A stretch of DNA of 64,000 nt from an uncultured Gemmatimonadales bacterium (GTDB taxonomy: Bacteria > Gemmatimonadota > Gemmatimonadetes > Gemmatimonadales > GWC2-71-9): contig CAVVKJ010000014.1 of NCBI GenBank assembly GCA_963748815.1, forward strand, positions 139,262 through 203,261, given 5' to 3'. Numbering within the stretch: position 1 is the stretch's first letter; every line of letters starts with the position of its first letter. Below, in pieces: positions 9,954 to 19,799 of this stretch. The position numbers and the translations under genes were made by a program. A model generated the notes under the pieces. It was not told where the DNA came from. It searched no databases and was given only the letters and a program-made list of their open reading frames with translations.

Positions 9954-11992
9954 CGGCCGAACGGCGGGTGCGCCGGGCCAGATTGGCGCTGTCTGCCGCA
10001 GTGCTGCTCGCGGCCGTCGGGTGGGCCGTCACGGTGGCCGGTGGACTCATTCTCCTCGTCGGCGTGGCCGACCTGACGGTGGGACTGTCGCGAGGACTGC
10101 GCCAGGGACTCGGAGTCGCGAGCCTCCTGCTCGGCGCAGTCGTCGCCCTCGCCGCGCTCTGGCGCAATCGGGACTGCACCTCCCTCCCCGCCGTCGCGCT
10201 CTGGCTCGAGGAACGCGCGCCGTCGATGCGCTACGCGCTCGTCACCCTGATCGAGGGTCGCCATCCAGCCGAGGCGTCGAAGCTGGAAGAAATCGTCGCG
10301 GCCACGGGATGGGAGCGCCCTTTCCGCCAGCGCCTCCTGCGGGCACTGGCACCACCGGTGCTCACCGGCGCCCTGATCCTCGCGGCGCTCGCCGCCCTGC
10401 CTCGCGCGGTCTTCGAGCGGATCTCGGCGCCGGCCCCCGGCGACGTGTTCCGTCAGCCGGTGCCCGGTCCCGAGGCCGACGATCTGCTGCGACCAATCGT
10501 CGTCACCCTCACGCCCCCGACGTATTCCCGGCTGGAGCCGCAGACGCTCGAGGATCCCGAGTCGATCGCCGGGCTCGCCGGCACCAGGATCACCGTGACC
10601 GGTCGCGGGCAGGCGACGAGCATCACCGCCACCTTCGGTTCCCGAGCGATCCGCCCGGACGGAACCGGCGACCGGTGGGAGGTCGGCTTCGGGTTGCCCG
10701 ATTCCGCCAGCGTCTTGCGGCTCGCTGCCGGAACTCACACGCGCCTGCTGGTGGTCGAGGGCCGGCCGGACTCGCTGCCCGTGGTGCGGCTCGTCGCCCC
10801 CGCCCGGGACACCGTGTGGCAGGCGTCTGGCGGGGCGCTCCCGCTCCGGGCGATGGTGCACGACGACTACGGCCTGGCGGAGGGGTGGTTTGAGTACGTG
10901 GTGAGCACCGGTGCGGGGGAGCGCTTCACCTTCCGGACCGGGATCGTTGGGCGGCGGACCTTCGACGGCGTGCGGGATGGAAGCCTGGACGCGACGCTCC
11001 CGCTCGATGCGCTGCACCTGCTGCCCGGGGAGGTGATGCACCTCCGCGCGGTGGCGCGGGACCGGAATGTCGTCACCGGCCCTGGCACCGGCTTCTCCGA
11101 CACGCGCACGGTGCGCGTGCCGAGTCGCGGTGAGGGTGACTCGGTGTCGGTGTACGCCGCAGCGCCGGCCGACGCCGACTCGTCGCTCCTCAGTGAGCGG
11201 ATGCTGATCATGCTGACCGAGGCGCTGGAGGCGCGGCGTCCCGGGCTGGGGCGGGAGGTGGTGCTCCGGGAGTCGCGCGCCATCGGCCGGGACCAGGCCG
11301 CGCTGCGACGCCAGGTGGCGAGTGTCATCTTCCAGCGATTCGGCGGCGAGGCGAGCGCGGAAGAATCGGCGGACGAGGCGCGGGGCGCATTGAGCCCGGA
11401 CGAGCTGCTGGCCGCGGCGGAGCGGGCGACGGAACAGAACGGCGAGGCGCTGGACTTCGCGGAGGACGAGACGCCGGTCGTGGCGGTCAGCCGGCCGCTC
11501 CTCGAGGCGTACAACGCGATGTGGGCGGCCGGCCGCGAACTCGATCAGGGCCAACCGGGTCGGGCGCTGCCACCGATGCGGGAGGCGCTGGCGGCCATCC
11601 TCCGTGCTCGCGCCGCCGAGCGGATCTACCTGCGCGGGCGTCCGCCCGTGGCCGTCGTGGACCTGGCGCGGGTGCGATTGACCGGGGCGCTGACCGACGT
11701 GCGGCCCGCACCGGCGAGCGCGGAGCCGTTCGACGCGACCACCGCCGCCGCGCTGCTGGCGCGGTTCACCCGGGCGGTGGGTGCGCTGCCCGACGCGGCC
11801 GCGACCGACTCCCTGGCGCTCCTCCGGATCGATGCGCTCCGCGCGGCGCCTGAATTTGCCGCCGCGCTTGGTCGTGCGGTCGACGTGCTCCATTCCGGTC
11901 GAGACGCGACCGACGCCCTCCTGCTCGCCCGGCGCGCTCTCGCCGAGCCGAGCGCGGCGGTGCAGCGGTTACCGGCGTGGGGGCTGCCATGA
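9950..11992 (+). CDS. Membrane protein, DUF4175-like
   Basis: N-terminal TM helices, TPPTY, DDYGL and AVARD motifs. ATGA overlap. Confidence 0.65.
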   Translation: MTAERRVRRARLALSAAVLLAAVGWAVTVAGGLILLVGVADLTVGLSRGLRQGLGVASLLLGAVVALAALWRNRDCTSLPAVALWLEERAPSMRYALVTLIEGRHPAEASKLEEIVAATGWERPFRQRLLRALAPPVLTGALILAALAALPRAVFERISAPAPGDVFRQPVPGPEADDLLRPIVVTLTPPTYSRLEPQTLEDPESIAGLAGTRITVTGRGQATSITATFGSRAIRPDGTGDRWEVGFGLPDSASVLRLAAGTHTRLLVVEGRPDSLPVVRLVAPARDTVWQASGGALPLRAMVHDDYGLAEGWFEYVVSTGAGERFTFRTGIVGRRTFDGVRDGSLDATLPLDALHLLPGEVMHLRAVARDRNVVTGPGTGFSDTRTVRVPSRGEGDSVSVYAAAPADADSSLLSERMLIMLTEALEARRPGLGREVVLRESRAIGRDQAALRRQVASVIFQRFGGEASAEESADEARGALSPDELLAAAERATEQNGEALDFAEDETPVVAVSRPLLEAYNAMWAAGRELDQGQPGRALPPMREALAAILRARAAERIYLRGRPPVAVVDLARVRLTGALTDVRPAPASAEPFDATTAAALLARFTRAVGALPDAAATDSLALLRIDALRAAPEFAAALGRAVDVLHSGRDATDALLLARRALAEPSAAVQRLPAWGLP

Positions 11993-12600
11993 GCGAATTC
12001 GTCTTCGCCACCGCGCAGTACGAATCAGGCGACTGGGACTCCGCGCCCCTCCTGCCGGCCAACATCATTGACTCGCTGGCCCGCTACACCTCGCTGGCGC
12101 TGGCGCCGCAGGGGGTGGTGGTGCCGCTCGCATCGAGTGAGCTCTTCCGCTATCCGCTGGTGTACCTCACCGGGCACCTGCCTCTCCGGTTCAGCGAGCA
12201 GGAGCGGCGCAACCTGCGCGCCTTCGTGGACCGGGGTGGCATGCTCTTCGTGGACGACCACAACCACGACATCGACGGGGTGTTTCACCAGACGGCGACG
12301 GAGGAGATCGGCCGGACCGTCGGCCCGCTGGTTGAATTGCCCAACGATCACCCCCTTTACTCGGCGTATTTCCAGTTTCCGGACGGACCGCCGGCCACCA
12401 GCCAGGAGCTGAACGGCTGGGGAGACAACCTGGTGCACCCCCACCTGCTGGCGGTCCAGCGCGGCGGCCGGATCGCGGTGCTCTACAGCAGCAAGGATTA
12501 CAGCTCGGAGTGGGACTACCACGCCGAGACCAAGCGATTCTACTCGGTGGACAACACACGGTTCGCGGTCAACGTGGTGGTGTATGCGCTTACCCGCTGA
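11989..12600 (+). CDS. DUF4159-domain protein
   Basis: YESGDWD, YLTGH, GGMLFVDD, SSKDYSSEW, VNVVVYALT. Confidence 0.85.
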   Translation: MSEFVFATAQYESGDWDSAPLLPANIIDSLARYTSLALAPQGVVVPLASSELFRYPLVYLTGHLPLRFSEQERRNLRAFVDRGGMLFVDDHNHDIDGVFHQTATEEIGRTVGPLVELPNDHPLYSAYFQFPDGPPATSQELNGWGDNLVHPHLLAVQRGGRIAVLYSSKDYSSEWDYHAETKRFYSVDNTRFAVNVVVYALTR

Positions 12601-13858
12601 TCGACGGAGCCTGGAGTGGGCGCTGCGGGCCGGCGCCCTGGTGGCGCTGGGGTGGTTGATGGTGCTCGCCTTGCAGCCGGCGCAGCCCGCCGGGCGGGCG
12701 GCGGTGGACGTCGCCGACTGGGAAACCGCCCGTGCCGACTGGGCCTGGTATCCGCGGGCGGATTCGCTGGTGTTCGCGCTGGACGCCGCGCCTGTTCCCT
12801 TCGTCCGGGACTGGCTGGTGGCGCTCCGGCGGTCGGGCACCACGGTGATGTGGGAAAATGGTGGGATCCCGGCGATCGCCCTGGAGGTCGAGCCGAGGCG
12901 AGACCCGGCCGGTGGCGTGCTGGTGCGGATCTCGGGTCCACGGGGCGCAATGGTTCCGCTTGCCGACGAGGTCGGCGTGCTCGACACGCTTGCGGTTGGC
13001 GCCGAGGGAGGTGCGACGGTGCGGCTGCCCCCGGTGGTGGGGCCTGTGAGTGCATCGATTGGCGGGACGGCGGCGTCGAGAGGTGGCGACACCTCCACCG
13101 CCATCCGCCGACTTCTCCTGCTGGGGTCGGCGGGATGGGAGGCGCGGTTCATTGCGGCGGCGCTGGAGGAGCGGGGGTGGATCGTGGACGCGCGGTATGC
13201 CGTGGCACCCGGCATCGACGTGTTGCAGGGCAATCCGCTTCCGCTCGACACGGCCTCCCACGCGGCGGTGATCGTGCTCGACTCGAGCGCCGACCGATAC
13301 GCCGGCCAGGTGGCGGGGTTCGTGCGGTCGGGGGGCGGCCTGGTGCTGGCGGGTGACGTCGGCGCGTCGTTCCGGCGGTTGGCGCCGGGGGTGGGGGGCG
13401 GGCCGGTGCGACATGCCGCCGCGATCACCTTCGAACAGGGCGACCCGCGCCGCGCGCTCTCCTATGTCGAGATCCAGTCCCTGGCTCCCGATGCGGTGAC
13501 ACTGGAGTCCCGGGATGGGGGCGCGGTCGTCGCGGCGCGGCGGGTGGGTGCCGGCCGAGTCGTCCAGGTGGGCTACCGCGAGAGCTGGCGCTGGCGAATG
13601 CAGGGCGGGGAAGGGTCGGTGGCGGCGCACCGATCCTGGTGGGCCGACCTGGTGGCCGGCGTGGCGTACGCGCCCGCCGCCCCGGACCAGCCGGGGGAGC
13701 CCGCACCGTTGGCGAGTCTTGTCGAGGCGATCGGGCCGGCCACCACGCTGCCCCCCGCACAGACCCCGCCCTTGCCCCTCTACCCGTGGCTGGTGGCGGT
13801 GCTGGGCCTCGGTCTGCTGCTTGAGTGGTCGTCGAGGAGGTTGCGGGGGGCGCGGTAG
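12584..13858 (+). CDS. Membrane-anchored hypothetical protein (GATase-like fold, end of MoxR operon)
   Basis: N- and C-terminal TM segments, GAGRV...ESWRWRM...HRSWW, LLLEW. Confidence 0.65.
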   Translation: MRLPADRRSLEWALRAGALVALGWLMVLALQPAQPAGRAAVDVADWETARADWAWYPRADSLVFALDAAPVPFVRDWLVALRRSGTTVMWENGGIPAIALEVEPRRDPAGGVLVRISGPRGAMVPLADEVGVLDTLAVGAEGGATVRLPPVVGPVSASIGGTAASRGGDTSTAIRRLLLLGSAGWEARFIAAALEERGWIVDARYAVAPGIDVLQGNPLPLDTASHAAVIVLDSSADRYAGQVAGFVRSGGGLVLAGDVGASFRRLAPGVGGGPVRHAAAITFEQGDPRRALSYVEIQSLAPDAVTLESRDGGAVVAARRVGAGRVVQVGYRESWRWRMQGGEGSVAAHRSWWADLVAGVAYAPAAPDQPGEPAPLASLVEAIGPATTLPPAQTPPLPLYPWLVAVLGLGLLLEWSSRRLRGAR

Positions 13859-14008
13859 GGCTGGCTGCCTTCCCGGAGTTGTCTGCGAGATGTAGACTGG
13901 ATCGAGGGGGGTGGGTCTCTGCGCTCGGCTTCACGTTGGCCGTTGCGAGGTAGTCGTCGATTTGCGACAGCCCATCGCTCCCCCTCAACTCGGAGTAGAC
14001 GCGCCGCC

Positions 14009-14569
14009 GTGGGCAATCTGACCTTCAGCATCAACGTCACCCTCGACGGGTGCGTCGACCACCGGGTGGGTATCGCGGACGAGGAGACGCACGCTCTCTT
14101 CACCCGCCTCATGGACGAGAGCGGGGCGATGCTCTGGGGCCGCGTCACGTACGAGATGATGGAAAGCTACTGGCCGGCGGTCGCCCGTGGCGACGAGGAG
14201 GTGCCGCCAGCGCTGCGCGAGTGGGCGGTCAAACTCGAGGCGAAGCCGAAGTACGTCGTGTCGTCGACGCGAGCGAACTTCCCGTGGACCAACAGCCACC
14301 ACATCGCCGGCGACCTGCGCACGGGCGTGCAGAAGCTGAAGGACGCGACCCCGGCCGGCATCCTCCTCGGCAGCGGCAGGCTCGCGACCGAGCTGGACCG
14401 GCTCGATCTGATCGACGAGTACAAGTTCCTTGTCCACCCCCGGATCGCCGGCCACGGCCCGACCCTGTACCAGGGCGGACTGCCCAGCACGCGACAACTC
14501 GCACTCGTCTCGGCGGCGCCGCTCCGCAGCGGCGCGGTCGCGCTGCACTACCGACGCGCGCGCGGCTAG
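14009..14569 (+). CDS. Dihydrofolate reductase/RibD C-terminal family protein
   Basis: INVTLDGC, LWGRVTYEMM, LIDEYKFLVHP. Confidence 0.88.
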   Translation: MGNLTFSINVTLDGCVDHRVGIADEETHALFTRLMDESGAMLWGRVTYEMMESYWPAVARGDEEVPPALREWAVKLEAKPKYVVSSTRANFPWTNSHHIAGDLRTGVQKLKDATPAGILLGSGRLATELDRLDLIDEYKFLVHPRIAGHGPTLYQGGLPSTRQLALVSAAPLRSGAVALHYRRARG

Positions 14570-14697
14570 CGACCGGCTGGAGCATGCGCTCGCGAGCCCC
14601 CTCCCAGCGGAGGCGCCAGGGGGGGCTGGTGGACGGGGAGTGCTCTCGCTGCGTGTCCTGTGTGTCGATTACCGTCATCCGCCTGGGAGAAGATCCC

Positions 14698-15093
14698 ATG
14701 GGTGCACAGTCCCCGAGGACCCATTTCGCAACGGCCACCGCCCTGGTACTGACCGGGCTGTGCGCCGGCACGGGCTGTGGTCTCTCGCCGGAGAATTGTA
14801 CCGCCGACTTTCGCTATGGACTCACCGTGCAGGTGCGCGATTCCGTCACAGGGGCTCCTGCCGGTCATGATGCCCTCGTGATCGCCCGGGACGGCGCGTA
14901 TGCCGATACCCTTTCGTCCTTCCCCTTCAGCTCGGATTCGGTAACGTTTGTGGGGGCGGGGGAGCGGCCGGGCCGGTATGTGGTCACCGTCTCGAAGCCA
15001 GGTTATCAACTCTGGGTTCGCGATGGGGTGGAGGTCGGAGAGGATGGCTGCCACGTCCAGCAGGTCGCCATTACCGCGTTGCTCCAGCAGTAG
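14698..15093 (+). CDS. Lipoprotein with carboxypeptidase-regulatory-like beta-sandwich domain
   Basis: GGAG SD, signal ending GTGC, VQVRDSVTG...GRYVVTVSKPGY. Confidence 0.65.
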   Translation: MGAQSPRTHFATATALVLTGLCAGTGCGLSPENCTADFRYGLTVQVRDSVTGAPAGHDALVIARDGAYADTLSSFPFSSDSVTFVGAGERPGRYVVTVSKPGYQLWVRDGVEVGEDGCHVQQVAITALLQQ

Positions 15094-15337
15094 CGCCGGA
15101 CGGTTCAGGCTCGCTCGAGCTGTGCCGTCAGCCAGGGGCAATCAGGGGAGCCGCGCCACGCCGGCGCCCCATTGGGCGATGGGCCGCCTGTTCAGCACTT
15201 GCATCAGGCGAGTGCGCCCGCCAAGGGCGGCGAACGCCCTCGCCCCTGATGCGCGGTTCGTTCGTTCGTTCGGCCGCGCCACCGCCAAGACATCCGCCCT
15301 CCCATCCAACGAGGCTGTTGGCGCACTGGAGTCGACC

Positions 15338-16090
15338 ATGCCGATCGAGATTGGGCGCATTGAGGCGATCTTCCGCTATCCGGTGAAGTCCATGCGCGGC
15401 GAACGACGTGAGACCGCGACACTGGGCTGGCACGGCCTCGACGGGGACAGACGGCTGGCTTTTCGGCGGATCAACGACACCAGCGCCTTCCCCTGGCTGA
15501 CGGCGGGCAAGCTTCCGAGTCTACTGCTCTATGCGCCTCACCGTGACGGCGATGGTGCGGAAGCCGATCTGCCCACGCATGTCCGCACGCCGAGCGGCAC
15601 CGAGATGGCCGTCTTCGGCGAAGCCCTGGCCACAGAGGTCGGCGGCCTCCATGGCGCACCTGTCCACATGATGCAGCTCAAGCATGGAATCTTTGATGAA
15701 GCCAGTGTCTCCGTAATCACCCCGGACACGGTTGACGAGATCGCACGACTCTCCGGACGGCCTGCGGACATGCGACGGTTTCGCCCAAACATCGTGGTGC
15801 GCCCCGCGCGCTCGGTGCCATTCCAGGAGGATGCGTGGGTTGGCGGCGTCCTCTCCTTCGGAGAGGGCGGCGAAGGTCCCGCCATCTGTGTCACAACACG
15901 AGATGTGCGCTGCTCGATGGTCAACCTCGATCCCGACTCGGCACAGTCTGCACCGGAAGTCCTCCGGACAATCGTTCGGGTGACTCAGAACAACGCGGGC
16001 GTCTACGGCACCGTCACTCGCATCGGCGGACTGGCAGTCGGACAGCCTGTCCTCCTCCATGCTGGCGCCCGGAAAGGGCGCACGACCTGA
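15338..16090 (+). CDS. MOSC-domain protein
   Basis: RYPVKSM, GDRRLA, RRFRPNIV, RCSMV. Confidence 0.88.
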   Translation: MPIEIGRIEAIFRYPVKSMRGERRETATLGWHGLDGDRRLAFRRINDTSAFPWLTAGKLPSLLLYAPHRDGDGAEADLPTHVRTPSGTEMAVFGEALATEVGGLHGAPVHMMQLKHGIFDEASVSVITPDTVDEIARLSGRPADMRRFRPNIVVRPARSVPFQEDAWVGGVLSFGEGGEGPAICVTTRDVRCSMVNLDPDSAQSAPEVLRTIVRVTQNNAGVYGTVTRIGGLAVGQPVLLHAGARKGRTT

Positions 16091-16145
16091 CCCGCGCGTC
16101 CAGCTGCCGCGAGTGCCGTCGCCGCTGATGCCCCATTCGCTAGAC
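16085..16145 (+). repeat. Degenerate attC-like palindrome
   Basis: ACCTGAC-5-CGTCCAGC...GCTGATG-8-GCTAGAC. Both R boxes are one mismatch from consensus. Confidence 0.4.
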
Positions 16146-16173
16146 CGACATTCAGAAATGTGAGCGAGAAGAG

Positions 16174-16812
16174 ATGAGCAAGGTCTTTGTGAACATCGGA
16201 CTGAGTCTCGACGGGTACATGGCGCCGGAAGGGATGGCCATCGAGCATTGGGATCGACCCGAGTACAAGAACTGGGGCGCCAAGTGGGGCGCGCTGATGG
16301 GCTGGGTCCTCAAACAGCAATATTTCCGCGAGAACCTGAAGTTCGGCCCGGGAGGAGAGACCGGCCCGGTCAACGATATGCTCCGTCACACGATGGAGCG
16401 CAGCGGCGCGAGCATCATGGGCAAGCGAATGTTTGACGCAGGCGAGCGCAGCTGGCCCGAGGAAGCGCCGTTTCACACTCCGGTGTACGTGCTCACCCAC
16501 GAGAAGCGCGAGCCATGGGTCCGGCCGGGCGGGACGACGTTCTATTTCGTCAACGATGGGACAGCGAGTGCCCTGGAGACCGCCCGGAAGTCGGCCGGCG
16601 GGCGGGACGTCCGCATCTCGGGCGGAGCGGATGTGATTCAGCAGTACTTGAACATGGGTGTCGTCGATGAACTGGAAATTGCCCTGGCGCCGGTGCTATT
16701 TGGCAGTGGAAGACGCCTCTTCGAGAACCTGCACGAGGCCGTGCCGCAGTTCCGGATCGACCAGGTGCTCAATACGCCGGATGCGACACACCTGCGCTAT
16801 GTGCGTGCGTAG
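16174..16812 (+). CDS. Dihydrofolate reductase/RibD C-terminal family protein
   Basis: LSLDGYMA, IMGKRMF, GGADVIQQYL, VDELEIALAPVLFGSG. Confidence 0.88.
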   Translation: MSKVFVNIGLSLDGYMAPEGMAIEHWDRPEYKNWGAKWGALMGWVLKQQYFRENLKFGPGGETGPVNDMLRHTMERSGASIMGKRMFDAGERSWPEEAPFHTPVYVLTHEKREPWVRPGGTTFYFVNDGTASALETARKSAGGRDVRISGGADVIQQYLNMGVVDELEIALAPVLFGSGRRLFENLHEAVPQFRIDQVLNTPDATHLRYVRA

Positions 16813-16890
16813 AGGCGGCTGAACACCACGTGGGAGGTGAGGTGTTTCCCCCCTCCACCTCCTCCAGCAGCATGGAAGGAGCATTCCACC

Positions 16891-17553
16891 ATGCAGGACA
16901 CCTGGTCCCGTGTCGATCGCTACGCGGGGGATCTTCTCTTCCCGGCCGACACGATCCTGGAGGCCGCGCTCGAGGCGTCTACTGCCGCGGGGTTGCCTGC
17001 GATTGCCGTCTCCCCCGCCCAGGGCCAGTTCCTCGCGCTGCTGGTGCAGGCGCTCGGCGCCCGCCGCGTGCTGGAGCTGGGGACGCTCGGTGGATACAGC
17101 ACGATCTGGATGGGACGCGCCCTTCCGCCTGGCGGCCATCTCCTCACCCTCGAACTCGACCCCGCGCATGCGGCCGTCGCCAAGGCCAATCTGGCGCGGG
17201 CGGGGCTGGCCGATGTCGTCACCGTGCGGGTCGGGCCGGCCGCCGAGACGCTCCGCCAGCTCGCCAGGGTTGGCGAAGCGCCCTTTGATCTTGTCTTCAT
17301 CGATGCCGACAAGACGGGGTATCCTGACTACCTCGAACTGATTCTTCCCCTTGTCCAAAGGGGGAGCCTCATCATCGCCGACAATGTGGTGCGGGGTGGC
17401 GCCATCACGGATGCAAGCAGTACGGACCCGAATGTCCAGGCCGTCCGCCGATATCTCGAAATGGTGGCGGCGCACCCCCGCCTCAGCGCCACGGTGCTCC
17501 AGACGGTGGGGAGCAAGGGGTACGACGGACTGGCGCTTGCCGTCGTGCTCTAG
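16891..17553 (+). CDS. SAM-dependent O-methyltransferase (Methyltransf_3)
   Basis: AAGGAG SD, LELGTLGGYS, FIDADK, IIADNV. Confidence 0.9.
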   Translation: MQDTWSRVDRYAGDLLFPADTILEAALEASTAAGLPAIAVSPAQGQFLALLVQALGARRVLELGTLGGYSTIWMGRALPPGGHLLTLELDPAHAAVAKANLARAGLADVVTVRVGPAAETLRQLARVGEAPFDLVFIDADKTGYPDYLELILPLVQRGSLIIADNVVRGGAITDASSTDPNVQAVRRYLEMVAAHPRLSATVLQTVGSKGYDGLALAVVL

Positions 17554-17592
17554 GTCGCGCGTCGGCCATATCGGTTGGAGTGACGGCGGGCG

Positions 17593-18354
17593 TCAATCGG
17601 GCGGCCGGAGGACGAGGTTTCGGAAATCGCCGACCGAAGTCCCGTGCACAAAGTACCCGACGCCGCCGGAACGATGCGAGGAGGGATTGATCACCGAGAG
17701 CACCGGGGTCTCGTTCCGGTCCAGGTAGACCACGACCGCCGCCCCGCGCACCCGCACCCGAACGTGGATCCACGCGGTGGGGTCGAGCGAAGGCGGGACC
17801 GCCTGCTCGAAGCCCCCGGGCGCCTCGGTTCGCAAGCGGTCCCACGGATACGCGGGGGACGAGACGAACTGCACGGCGTGGGCTCGGCGCGCGGAGTCCG
17901 CCGCCCGGAAATTGAAGGGGCGGAGGTAGACCGCATCGAAGCTGGTGTCGCTGGTAATGTGAAACGCGATGCCCACGAAGCTGTGCCCCGGGATGTCCCG
18001 GCCGCGGACGTCGAATTCGATGTCACCGTCGGTGAACGCCAGCGCCGGAGACCAGACCAGCCCGACGGTATCCGGCTCCCCGACGATCGCCAGGTACTCG
18101 CCTCCACCATCGCGCTGGATGTCGATCGTCCGGCTGAACAGCCGCCACCCCCCAGGGGGCGCTTCGGCGCCGGCGAGGCTGACTGGCAGGGTGCCTTGCG
18201 CGCTCCCACTGGCGGGCAGGAGGACCGAAGCGAACGCGCCAAGGATGAACTGAGCCACGACCAGCGGTGGGAGCGCCTGGACTCGCGTGGTGGACTCCTG
18301 CGTGCGGAGACGGACGACGGCGGCCGTTGGTATCCGGACGTCGACCGACGGCAA
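17593..18354 (-). CDS. Secreted hypothetical protein, DUF1080-like jelly-roll (start uncertain)
   Basis: GDIEFDVRG, FVGIAFH, YLRPFNF, WIHVRVRV. Confidence 0.6.
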   Translation of the reverse strand: MPSVDVRIPTAAVVRLRTQESTTRVQALPPLVVAQFILGAFASVLLPASGSAQGTLPVSLAGAEAPPGGWRLFSRTIDIQRDGGGEYLAIVGEPDTVGLVWSPALAFTDGDIEFDVRGRDIPGHSFVGIAFHITSDTSFDAVYLRPFNFRAADSARRAHAVQFVSSPAYPWDRLRTEAPGGFEQAVPPSLDPTAWIHVRVRVRGAAVVVYLDRNETPVLSVINPSSHRSGGVGYFVHGTSVGDFRNLVLRPPD

Positions 18355-18437
18355 GAGGTTTCGTCTGCCGCCGAGGGCCGGGAGACGAAATCGCGGGCTG
18401 ACGCATCTACCTCGAAATTCTCTCCCGGAGCCGATTC

Positions 18438-19598
18438 GTGAACTGCGTACCCTCCCGAGCCAGTGCCGCCCTGGTGCTCACCCTCCTGGCAGGGTGTGGC
18501 GGCGATCGCCCTGATGCCGGCGGAACCACGATCGTCGACTCCGCCGGGGTCGAACTGGCCGTCGCGGCCGCCGTCGACCAGCCCCTGGGGTGGACGCTGA
18601 CCGAACGCTTCCGTCTCGGTGGGGCCGACGACGGACCGGGCAGCTTCACGTCGGCGAGCATGTGGAACACTGGTACTGACCGGGAAGGCAGGATCTACGT
18701 GCTCGATGGTCAGCAGTTCCGGGTGGAGGTGTTCGCGCCTTCCGGGGAGCACCTTCGCTTTCTCGGTCGGAAGGGGGGCGGGCCGGGGGAAATTGAGTTT
18801 CCCATCTCGCTCTTCGTCAGCCCGGCCGGGGTGGCCCAGGTCTTCGACGCCGGAAAGCTGGCGCTCGTGCGCTGGGACGCCAACGGTGAGCTGTTGCCGC
18901 CAATCTCCCTGCAGGGAAGCGCCCCCCGGTTTCCCATCGCCTATGGGGACACGCTGATTCTCGGCCTGAACGAGGGGGCTGACACCCTGAGGACCACCCG
19001 GCTGGTGACCATCGTGGGCGGCGACACCACGACCATCACGTCGTTCACGACGCCGACCGGCGCGATGGCCGAGTTCTCCTGCGTGAGTTTCGTCCAACCG
19101 CCGGTGTTCTCACCCACCCTGCAGTGGACCACGAATGGGCGTGCGGTGGCCACGACCCGCCAGGCGTCCTATCAGGTGGACGTGTACGACGGCGCCAGTC
19201 TGGTCCGGAGCATCCGGCGGTCAATTCCCTCGAGGCCGACGTCGGTAGACGACGTGAAGCGCCTCTATCCGAACGGGATGGAAGTGCATTTCGGCGGTGG
19301 GAGAGGATGCACGATTCCCGCGCACGAGATCATGGAAAAGCAGGGAGTCGCCCCCATGGTGCCACAAATCCGCTCGCTGCGATTCGACCCCCAGGACCGA
19401 TTGTGGGTGGAGCGGTACACCTTCGCCGATGAGCCCGCGCTGGTCGACCTGTTTGACGCGAGTGGCCACTACCTCGGCTCGCTGTCCGGCAAGGGCCCCC
19501 CGGTCGGGTTCATCGGCACCGACGTGATCCTGTTCGCCCAGGAAGACGAGGATACCGGTGTGCGGCAGGTCGTGGCGTACCAGGTCACCGGCGGGTAA
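18438..19598 (+). CDS. 6-bladed beta-propeller lipoprotein
   Basis: GGAG SD, lipobox LAGC, GRIYVLD...GRKGGGPGE, DLFDASGHYLG. Confidence 0.8.
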   Translation: MNCVPSRASAALVLTLLAGCGGDRPDAGGTTIVDSAGVELAVAAAVDQPLGWTLTERFRLGGADDGPGSFTSASMWNTGTDREGRIYVLDGQQFRVEVFAPSGEHLRFLGRKGGGPGEIEFPISLFVSPAGVAQVFDAGKLALVRWDANGELLPPISLQGSAPRFPIAYGDTLILGLNEGADTLRTTRLVTIVGGDTTTITSFTTPTGAMAEFSCVSFVQPPVFSPTLQWTTNGRAVATTRQASYQVDVYDGASLVRSIRRSIPSRPTSVDDVKRLYPNGMEVHFGGGRGCTIPAHEIMEKQGVAPMVPQIRSLRFDPQDRLWVERYTFADEPALVDLFDASGHYLGSLSGKGPPVGFIGTDVILFAQEDEDTGVRQVVAYQVTGG

Positions 19599-19683
19599 CA
19601 CCGGCGGCTCCCGGCTTCCCAGGTGTGGGAAACACGACACCCCGCGCAAGCCGGCTGGCTGGGCGGGGTGCTTGTCGTGTGCA

Positions 19684-19702
19684 ATGGGCGATGAGGGCTC
19701 GA
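19684..19702 (-). repeat. att-like copy of the tRNA-Val 3' end (T-loop to discriminator)
   Basis: atgggcgatgagggctcga versus atgggcgatgaggggctcga at 20470-20489 (one G missing). Confidence 0.75.
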
Positions 19703-19799
19703 CGAAAAGCGCCCTGGGCATCGATAGGCGGGCGTACCGAGTGTCTATCGCATGGACGCCGTGTCGGGGCCGGAGGGTCCGGGTCCGCCCGGAGGATTC

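Noticed and set aside
15173..15181. TGGGCGATG match to the tRNA-Val 3' end (possible third att)
   Set aside because: Only 9 bp in GC-rich DNA and without the accompanying inverted repeat, so compatible with chance.
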